From Candidatus Methanosuratincola verstraetei (GTDB lineage Archaea; Thermoproteota; Methanomethylicia; Methanomethylicales; Methanomethylicaceae): DNA of 64,000 bases. The notes under the pieces were generated by a model that searched no databases, was not told the origin of the DNA, and saw only the letters and a list, made by a program, of their open reading frames with translations. Shown in pieces: positions 57,099-64,000 of this stretch; within the stretch, counting starts at the first letter, position 1; each line of letters starts with the position of its first letter. The stretch spans positions 128,001-192,000 of the forward strand of contig CP186953.1 of NCBI GenBank assembly GCA_049570475.1, written 5' to 3'. The position numbers and the translations under genes are program-made.

Positions 57099-59427
57099 GA
57101 GGGTAAGCGAGGACCCTCCGGTCGCCGCGGTAGACCTCCGCGAGGCTGAGGACCCGGACCTGCTCGAGATAAGCAGCAGCATGGGGCTCGCGCTCAGCCT
57201 TAATGAGATGAGGGCCATTAAGGAGGAGTTTGGCAGGCCTCTTACAGATGTGGAGCTCCAGACCTTCGGGCAGACCTGGTCGGAGCACTGCATCCACAAG
57301 ACGTTCAGGGGGGCTGTTGAGACCGATTCAGGCACTGTGGAGAGCCTACTGAAGACGTACATAGCAAAGGCCACCAAAGATCTCGCCAAGCCCTGGTGCT
57401 TCTCAGTATTCGAAGACAACGCCGGGCTCATCGACTTTGACAAAGGGCATGTGATTGCAGCGAAGGTAGAGACCCACAACCATCCATCAGCCATCGAGCC
57501 CTTCGGGGGGGCAGCGACCGGCGTGGGGGGCGTGATCAGGGACATCCTAGGCGTCTGGGGGGAGCCTATTGCAGTCTCGGACGTCCTCTGCTTTGGCCCG
57601 CTCGACATCAAATACAGCGAGCTCGCCCCGGGTATCAAGCACCCGCGATACATCTACAAGGGGGTCGTAGCCGGCGTGGGGAGCTACGGCAACAACATGG
57701 GGATACCGAATGTCAACGGCGCCGTGCTCTTCGACAGGAACTACACAGGCAACGTCGTGGTCTACTGCGGTTGCTTCGGGATCCTGCCCAAGGATAAGTA
57801 CGTCAGGCAGACCAAGGAGGGAGACTTGGCTGTCCTTGTAGGCGGCAGGACGGGCAGGGATGGCATACACGGCGTAACTTTTGCCTCGACTGACCTGCCA
57901 GAGGACTCCGAGGGGCTGAGGTCGGCAGTCCAGATACCCAACCCCTTGGTTGAGGAGAGGCTGAGGAGGGCGGTAATCAGGATAAGGGACGGATGCATGG
58001 CATCAGGCATCACGGATCTCGGCGGGGGAGGCATCTCCTGCGCGACTGGCGAGATGGCGAGCAGGTCTGGGCTTGGCCTCGCGGTGGAACTGGACGGGGT
58101 GAAACTCAAGGAGACGGGCATGGCGCCATGGGAGATCTGGGTATCTGAGAGCCAGGAGAGGATGCTCCTCTCCGTCCCCCCCAAGAACCTAGACAGGGTC
58201 GCCTGCATCTTTGATGGCGAAGATCTGGAGTGGTGTGTACTGGGCAAGTTTAACAATACGAAGAGGCTCAGAGCGACGTACAAGGGGGTCACAGTCTGCG
58301 ACCTCGGGCTCGACTTCCTGTACAACCCCCCAAAGCTAAAGAGGAGGGCCAAAAAGGTCGAGACGATCTCCCGCCCGCTCTCGCTGGAGGAGCCGGATGA
58401 TCTGCCATCAGAGATCCTCGGGCTCCTCGCGGACCCGAACGTCAGGAGCAGGGAGGGGGTAGTCAGGACTTACGATCATGAGGTGAGGGGGTGCACGGTC
58501 GTCAAGCCTGTGCAAGGGCAATCAGGCAGCCACAACGACGCTGCGGTCATCAAGCCGCTCAAGGACTCATGGATGGGCGCAGTCATCTCTTGCGGGATCA
58601 ACCCATTCTACCCAGACCCGTACTGGATGGCTGCGTGCTCGCTCGAGGAAGCACTCAGGAACAACATCGCGGTCGGGGGCAGGAGGGTAGCGATACTTGA
58701 CAACTTCGTCTGGGGGAACCCGGAGAAGGAAGACAGGATGTGGTCCCTGCTGAGGGCATGCGAGGCATGCTATGATTTCGCAAAGGCTTTCGGCACGCCT
58801 TTCATATCGGGAAAGGACTCGCTATACAACGAGAGCCCTATGGGGCCGGTGAGACCGACCTTGCTCATAACCGGCGTCGGGATTATACCCGACGTCAGGA
58901 AGGCGGTTACGTCGGATCTCAAGGCAGCAGGCGACCCAGTCTACCTCCTTGGGACGACAAAGGAGGAGGTTTGCGGGTCAGCCTACCTCAGATCAAAGGG
59001 GATCGAGGGAGGCGAATGGCCGAGGGTAGACCCTGCGGTATCGAGGAGGATCATGGAGGCGCTGACAGCAGCCATCGACTCGGGCATCGTGGCGGCTTGC
59101 CATGACCTTTCGGACGGCGGGCTCGGGGTGGCGGCGGCTGAGATGGTGATAGGGTCTGATCCCGGGTTGGGCATGTCTCTGGATCTCGGCAGAGGGATCA
59201 TCCTGACAGGAAGGGACGATTATGCGCTCTTCTCCGAATCGGCAGGCAGGTTCCTCGTGGAGGTCAAGGCAGGGCATGAGGGGGATTTCGAGGCGGCATT
59301 CACGGGGCTCCCCGCAAGGCGCATCGGGGAGGTGCAGAAGGAAGGCGCTCTCAGGATCATGGGCCTGAGAGGGAAGGAACATATCTTGGAGAGGGCAGAG
59401 TTGGCGAGGGCCTGGAGGGGTGGATGA
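57079..59427 (+). CDS. purL: FGAM synthase subunit PurL
   Basis: WSEHCIHK, KVETHNHPSAIEPFGGAATGVGG, GRDGIHG, SESQERM, ISGKDSLYN, HDLSDGG. Confidence 0.96.
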   Translation: MREGLLRRVSEDPPVAAVDLREAEDPDLLEISSSMGLALSLNEMRAIKEEFGRPLTDVELQTFGQTWSEHCIHKTFRGAVETDSGTVESLLKTYIAKATKDLAKPWCFSVFEDNAGLIDFDKGHVIAAKVETHNHPSAIEPFGGAATGVGGVIRDILGVWGEPIAVSDVLCFGPLDIKYSELAPGIKHPRYIYKGVVAGVGSYGNNMGIPNVNGAVLFDRNYTGNVVVYCGCFGILPKDKYVRQTKEGDLAVLVGGRTGRDGIHGVTFASTDLPEDSEGLRSAVQIPNPLVEERLRRAVIRIRDGCMASGITDLGGGGISCATGEMASRSGLGLAVELDGVKLKETGMAPWEIWVSESQERMLLSVPPKNLDRVACIFDGEDLEWCVLGKFNNTKRLRATYKGVTVCDLGLDFLYNPPKLKRRAKKVETISRPLSLEEPDDLPSEILGLLADPNVRSREGVVRTYDHEVRGCTVVKPVQGQSGSHNDAAVIKPLKDSWMGAVISCGINPFYPDPYWMAACSLEEALRNNIAVGGRRVAILDNFVWGNPEKEDRMWSLLRACEACYDFAKAFGTPFISGKDSLYNESPMGPVRPTLLITGVGIIPDVRKAVTSDLKAAGDPVYLLGTTKEEVCGSAYLRSKGIEGGEWPRVDPAVSRRIMEALTAAIDSGIVAACHDLSDGGLGVAAAEMVIGSDPGLGMSLDLGRGIILTGRDDYALFSESAGRFLVEVKAGHEGDFEAAFTGLPARRIGEVQKEGALRIMGLRGKEHILERAELARAWRGG

Positions 59428-60221
59428 TGGATCTCAGGAAGGCCAAGGCATGCATTCTGAGGGTCGGAGGCACGAACTGCGACGCTGAGGTCAAGGCAGC
59501 GCTTGAGGACCTCGGCCTCAGATCAGACATTCTGCACATGGACTGGCTTGAGAAGGGCAAGCTCTCGGAATACCAGCTCCTCGTATTCCCCGGGGGTTTC
59601 TCTTACGGCGACTACGTCAGGGCGGGCGCAGTCTGGGGAAAAAAGGTCTTGACGAAGATGAGGAGAGACCTGGAGAGGTTCGTGGAGGAGGGCAGGTTAG
59701 TGATGGGCATCTGCAACGGCTTCCAGGTCTTGGTCGAGGCAGGGATGCTACCGGGGGACGAGGGCGCATTCTCGCCCACCCCCAAGGCAGTACTGGCGAA
59801 CAACAGCTCGGCAAGATACGAGTGCAGGTGGGTATTCCTAAGGGGGGAAGGGAGCCACACACCATTCGCACGAAGGGCTGGCAAAGGCGAGATCCTTAGG
59901 GTGCCGATCGGCCACGGGGAGGGCAGGTTCCTCGCTGAATCAGACGAGGCGGTCCAGGATCTCATCCGCAGCAACCGGGTCGTCTTCAGGTATGCAAAGC
60001 CGTCGGGAGAGCCCGCAGAAGGGACCTATCCATTCAACCCCAACGGTTCCGTCTACGACATCGCCGCCATATGCAACAGGGCGGGGAACGTCATGGGCAT
60101 GATGCCCCACCCGGAGAGGGCATTCTTCGGCTGGCAAACAATCGGGTACGGCAACTCACAAGGCTACGGAGACGGCAGGAAGATATTCGAAGGGATAGTG
60201 GATCACATAAGGTCGCTTTGA
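59424..60221 (+). CDS. purQ: FGAM synthase glutaminase subunit PurQ
   Basis: GTNCD, PGGFSYGD, GICNGFQ, HGEGR, NPNGS, MMPHPER. Confidence 0.96.
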   Translation: MMDLRKAKACILRVGGTNCDAEVKAALEDLGLRSDILHMDWLEKGKLSEYQLLVFPGGFSYGDYVRAGAVWGKKVLTKMRRDLERFVEEGRLVMGICNGFQVLVEAGMLPGDEGAFSPTPKAVLANNSSARYECRWVFLRGEGSHTPFARRAGKGEILRVPIGHGEGRFLAESDEAVQDLIRSNRVVFRYAKPSGEPAEGTYPFNPNGSVYDIAAICNRAGNVMGMMPHPERAFFGWQTIGYGNSQGYGDGRKIFEGIVDHIRSL

Positions 60222-60601
60222 CCAGAATCGGCGTAGATGTCCTCCTTGGGGCTGGCTGAGAAGTAGTTGTCAAAGATCTCCAGAAGCACTTGGATCGGCT
60301 TCACGCCCACAACCCTGGCCACTCTGCGGCCATCCCTGAAGAGGAGGATTGTCGGCACGGACATCACGCCCAAGCGCGCACCCACGCCACTCGCCCCGAC
60401 GTTCACCTTACCGAATGAAATCCCGGGTCGCAGGCTCTGCAGTTCGTTGAAAATCAGCGAAACCATCCTGCATGGCATGCAGGAACCGCTCCAGAAGAGC
60501 ACGGCTGCATACCTCGCCACCTTTATGAACCCCTCAAAGCTATGGTCGTCGAGATCCTTTGGCGCTGAGCCAGATCCAATCCCCAAGCCTCCATCGCCCA
60601 C
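60203..60601 (-). CDS. Thioredoxin-family protein
   Basis: FWSGSCMPC, FGKVNV, GVMSVPTILLFRDG. Start uncertain (60586-60619). Overlaps the purQ end convergently by 19 nt. Confidence 0.78.
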   Translation of the reverse strand: MGDGGLGIGSGSAPKDLDDHSFEGFIKVARYAAVLFWSGSCMPCRMVSLIFNELQSLRPGISFGKVNVGASGVGARLGVMSVPTILLFRDGRRVARVVGVKPIQVLLEIFDNYFSASPKEDIYADSGQSDLM

Positions 60602-60605
60602 TTGA

Positions 60606-61379
60606 TCATTCCCCCACAATGCACGGAGCCTCCTTGTCTAGGATGGTGGCGTATCTCCTTATCCTCATGAGCACAAGGTATACCAGCGGCACCAGCATCA
60701 GGGTAAGCAGCCCGGTCGCCGCAGTGGAACCGAATAGCAGCGAAGAGGAGGAGAGGAAGTTGAAGAGGGCATGCATCCCAATGGCTCCAGCCAAGTAAGG
60801 GGCGAGATCGAGGAGGCGCATGCTGCCCTTGTTGGCCAACAGCGATCTCGAGACGCCGATCCCGGCTATGGCGGTGGCTGTTGCATGCAGGAAAGAAGAA
60901 AGGGCTGATCGGACCGCCACGAGTGCGAGCCCAGAAGCGAGGCCCCCTGCAAGGGCCTGATCCCAGCCGTAGATCACGTTCTCCGTGAGAGCAAACCCGA
61001 ACCCTATTGCCATGCCATAAATCATCCCGTCTTCGATCTCCCTTATCTTACCCAAAATGAATCGGAAGCCGGTCACCTTGATGAACTCCTCGACCAATGG
61101 CGCAACCACAATCACCGAAGTGAAGAGGGCAAGGTCTGCCTGCATCTCAACAGGGACAAGAATCACCATCCTGAAGAGCCCAAAGAAGAATGAATTGAAG
61201 GCGGTCGAGACGATGACTGCAAAGAAGACGGTGTAAGTGGCACCGATCGCCAAAGCCCGGTACAGGTCTTTCAGCTCTTCCCTGTTGCAGATCTCCCACC
61301 CCCTTACCCAAACCAAGTAAACAAGCGGCGGGATGGCAGATGCGACAAGTATGATGGATAAGTCAAAGATCTCAGGCAT
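60606..61379 (-). CDS. prsW: PrsW-family intramembrane metalloprotease
   Basis: APLVEEFIK, GFGFALTEN, LHATAT, HALFN. Confidence 0.87.
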   Translation of the reverse strand: MPEIFDLSIILVASAIPPLVYLVWVRGWEICNREELKDLYRALAIGATYTVFFAVIVSTAFNSFFFGLFRMVILVPVEMQADLALFTSVIVVAPLVEEFIKVTGFRFILGKIREIEDGMIYGMAIGFGFALTENVIYGWDQALAGGLASGLALVAVRSALSSFLHATATAIAGIGVSRSLLANKGSMRLLDLAPYLAGAIGMHALFNFLSSSSLLFGSTAATGLLTLMLVPLVYLVLMRIRRYATILDKEAPCIVGE

Positions 61380-61508
61380 GATTGATAATCTGTCATGCCC
61401 AGTAAATAAGCACGCTGAGGCATACTTTAACCCTGAAGGACGCCAATGGAGATATCAGAAAATTATATAATCAGCCTATCACTGCTCTCACTACAAAAGG
61501 TGGAAACA

Positions 61509-62084
61509 ATGTCTGCATCTCCAAAAACACTGAACCCGGCACCGCTGGGGCTAGCAGCCTTCGCCATGACGACGACAGTTCTATGTCTTTTCACCGTTGG
61601 CGCCATACCTTCTTCTTGGGTATCAATCGTCATCCCGCTCGCAATCGCATACGGCGGCCTGATGCAGGTAATCGTTGGGCTCTGGGAGGCCAAATTGGGG
61701 AACACATTCGGGTTTGTGGCATTCAGTTCATACGGGGCATTCTGGATATACTACGCGCTAGTTGCAATCCTTTCTTCAGTCGGCATGATAACGGTCAGCC
61801 CAACAGCAGCCGGAGTGGTCCTCATCATGTGGGGATTCCTGACGCTGTACCTGTGGATAGCATCGCTCAAAGCACCAAAGGTCACTTGCATGGTATTCCT
61901 ATTCCTGGCGCTCACTTTCTTTGTCCTCGGCATAGGAGACATCACAGGGATCGGCATGGTCTCCAAGGCAGGCGGGGCACTCGGGTTAATCACTGCCGCC
62001 CTTGCTTGGTACAACTCGCTTGCCATAGTCATCAATGACATGCACGGGAGGACCGCTGCACCTTTGGGAAAACCCCTCATGTGA
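61509..62084 (+). CDS. satP: GPR1/FUN34/YaaH (SatP) acetate uptake channel
   Basis: NPAPLGLAAF, YGGLMQ, NTFG...SYGAFW, 6 TM segments. ATG 61509. Confidence 0.9.
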   Translation: MSASPKTLNPAPLGLAAFAMTTTVLCLFTVGAIPSSWVSIVIPLAIAYGGLMQVIVGLWEAKLGNTFGFVAFSSYGAFWIYYALVAILSSVGMITVSPTAAGVVLIMWGFLTLYLWIASLKAPKVTCMVFLFLALTFFVLGIGDITGIGMVSKAGGALGLITAALAWYNSLAIVINDMHGRTAAPLGKPLM

Positions 62085-62092
62085 GGGGAAAT

Positions 62093-62110
62093 AATTTTTT
62101 ACAAAAAATA
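62093..62110. terminator. Bidirectional T-tract terminator between the convergent satP and aminotransferase genes
   Basis: AATTTTTTACAAAAAATA gives a T-run on each strand. Confidence 0.45.
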
Positions 62111-62114
62111 GAGG

Positions 62115-63317
62115 CTAAGCCCCAGATCTGTAGGACTTGATGGTATTTCCCAGCCTCCTTGCGCCTTCCCAGATCTGCTCTATTGTGGGATAGCTGTAGT
62201 TTATGCGGAGCGTGTTCCTGCCGCCCCCGCTGGGGTGGAACGATCCGCCAGGAACGTAGGCCACACCGTTTGAAACAGCCTGCGGCAGCATCTTCGTGGT
62301 ATCGTACTCGGGAGGCAGGGTTGCCCAGATGAACATGCCCCCAGTCGGGCGTGTCCATTCTGCGCCCTCGGGCATATTCTCAGCAAGGGCCTTGAGCATA
62401 GCTTCACGCTTCCTCCTGTAGGCGGGCTTGAGCTTTTCGATGTAGCCCTGGAGGAGCCCCCTGACCATGAACTCGCAGGCTATGTGCTGTGAGAGGGTGT
62501 TTGTGCAGAGGTCCAAGGATTGCTTGAGAATAGCGAACTTGGATGTCAACTCCTCCGGCGCAGCCACCCAACCAAGCCTGAGGCCCGGGGCAAGTATCTT
62601 GGAGAAGGTGCTCGTGTAGATGACTCGCTCGTCATCGAGCGCCTTTATGAACGGCGGGTTCTTTCCGTCCGAGAGGTAACTGTAGGGATCGTCCTCTATT
62701 ATTACAAAGTCGTATTCGTAAGCCAGCTCGACCAGCTCTTTCCGCCTCTCTTCAGTTGTGGTCAGCCCGCTTGGGTTTTGGCAGGTCGGGACGGTATACA
62801 AGAATTTTATCTTTGAGCCTGACTTCCGCTCCTTTAGAGCCTTCCTGAGCGCTGCTGAATTGAGGCCATTTGAGTCCATCGGCGCCAGCATTATTTGCGG
62901 TGAGTGGACCATGAAAGCGCTCATCGCAGCCAGGTAAGTTGGCTCCTCGAGTATAATGGTATCTCCAGGGTCCAAGAAGGCCCTGCCGAATAGGTCCAAG
63001 GCCTGCTGGGATCCAGTCGTTACCAGTATCTCGTCCACCGAGGAGACTCGCATCCCCTCGGATCTCATGAACTTGAGCAGGGCTTCGCGGAGCCCCGAAT
63101 ACCCCTCGGTGGTTTCATATTGGAGGGCGACGCTGGCACGCTCCTTCAGCACATCGGCAGTGATCTGCCTTATCTCCTCCACTGGGAATAGCGCTGGGTC
63201 GGGCATCCCTCCTGCAAAGGAGATAATGTCCCCTGACTTTATTACCTTCAGGATCTCCCTGATGTCACTGGCCTTTGCTTCTTTAGCCACCCTCGAAAGA
63301 AGGTCTTTTGTAGACAT
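62115..63317 (-). CDS. PLP-dependent class I aminotransferase (LysN/multiple-substrate type)
   Basis: SDIRE, ISFAGGMPDP, TTGSQQALD, QNPSG, IEDDPY, TFSKILAPGLRLGW, GGMFIW. Confidence 0.9.
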   Translation of the reverse strand: MSTKDLLSRVAKEAKASDIREILKVIKSGDIISFAGGMPDPALFPVEEIRQITADVLKERASVALQYETTEGYSGLREALLKFMRSEGMRVSSVDEILVTTGSQQALDLFGRAFLDPGDTIILEEPTYLAAMSAFMVHSPQIMLAPMDSNGLNSAALRKALKERKSGSKIKFLYTVPTCQNPSGLTTTEERRKELVELAYEYDFVIIEDDPYSYLSDGKNPPFIKALDDERVIYTSTFSKILAPGLRLGWVAAPEELTSKFAILKQSLDLCTNTLSQHIACEFMVRGLLQGYIEKLKPAYRRKREAMLKALAENMPEGAEWTRPTGGMFIWATLPPEYDTTKMLPQAVSNGVAYVPGGSFHPSGGGRNTLRINYSYPTIEQIWEGARRLGNTIKSYRSGA

Positions 63318-63632
63318 CGCGACCAACTCTTGGATATAGATTGTAATAATTGCACTGCGGAATATAAAAAGAGTTTGCTTTCATCCAGGCGTTCCAATCT
63401 TAAGTTTTGTTTTTTGGCGAAAATTCTCGAAATTGCAAGGATCCCGCTATATTACGAATATGCCAAATCCACTCAATAAATATCATATATTTTATTCTTT
63501 ACAAGGTATTTATTCTATTTATGGAATTAGAAAAATACGGCTGTGCTATGCTTTCCAAGGCGATAATCCCCCCTTGTGCCGATGCTGTTAAATTGGGGCG
63601 CCAGCAAACCTTTTGAAAGGCAGGCGGTTCAG

Positions 63633-64000
63633 GTGGAGGCTCTCCAATTAACTGCATTGAGCATCCTGATAGCAGCCATAGGGGCAATAGTTTGGGGCAA
63701 GATCGACAGGACGGCTGTGGCAATCTTTGGGGCGGTCTGCATGGTGATCACAGGTTGCCTCAGCGACAAGGAGGCTTTCATGGCAGTCGATTGGAATGTT
63801 ATCATACTCATGATCAGCTTCTGGATACTTGCAGGATACTTTGCCAAGAGCGGCATACCCGAGGCGATCGCACATAGGGCGGTTGCCTGGTCCGGCGGGG
63901 ACCTGAGCAAGTTCCTGATTATTGTGGGGGCAGCATCGGGCATACTCTCACTTTTTGTGGACAATGTGCTCGTGATCCTGATTATGGCGCCAGTTGCCTT
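63633..64000 (+). CDS. ArsB/NhaD/SLC13 (ion transporter superfamily) permease, truncated by the window edge
   Basis: Hand translation from GTG 63633: MEALQLTALSILIAAIGAIVWGKIDRTAVAIFG...VDWNVI...KSG...LSLFVDNVLVILIMAPVA. Not in the ORF track because it has no stop. Confidence 0.82.
   Translation, partial: MEALQLTALSILIAAIGAIVWGKIDRTAVAIFGAVCMVITGCLSDKEAFMAVDWNVIILMISFWILAGYFAKSGIPEAIAHRAVAWSGGDLSKFLIIVGAASGILSLFVDNVLVILIMAPVA

Noticed and set aside
1-64000. CRISPR arrays, tRNA/rRNA genes, IS elements, integrases
   Set aside because: I saw no repeat-spacer periodicity, cloverleaf/T-loop signature or recombinase ORF by eye. Small RNAs such as C/D guides cannot be excluded without a covariance search.

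Overview
This is a gene-dense archaeal window with GGTGA-type RBSs, TATA promoters and frequent ATGA/TTGA overlaps. A complete coenzyme F430 pathway, a crenarchaeal-style purine cluster and a TackOD1-like protein point to a TACK-lineage methanogen such as Methanomethylicia / Ca. Verstraetearchaeota (inference). In order, the window holds: lpdA; an accessory stretch bracketed by two AbrB-PIN toxin-antitoxin pairs and carrying a divergent TrpD paralog plus a Zn-dehydrogenase; a 12-gene complex-I-like group 4 [NiFe]-hydrogenase with intact Ni ligands; a TrxR-like flavoprotein with SxxC; acs; nikR with a Znu-type ABC importer; a HAD phosphatase; a PadR-ABC exporter; purC; a TackOD1/processive GT2 pair; a Nik/Dpp-type importer with an orphan methyltransferase; sirC; an 11-gene hemA-to-cfbB operon (Glu-tRNA to F430); purF-purF'-purD-purT-purE-purS-purL-purQ; a thioredoxin; prsW; satP; an aminotransferase; and a truncated ArsB/NhaD-family transporter. 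The strongest new signal is one palindrome, TGTTTCATAWGAAACA, directly upstream of the TATA box of both the F430 operon and the importer/sirC divergent promoter, suggesting a dedicated F430/nickel regulon. I saw no rRNA, tRNA, CRISPR array or transposase. Start codons were adjusted by eye where the ORF track over-extends.
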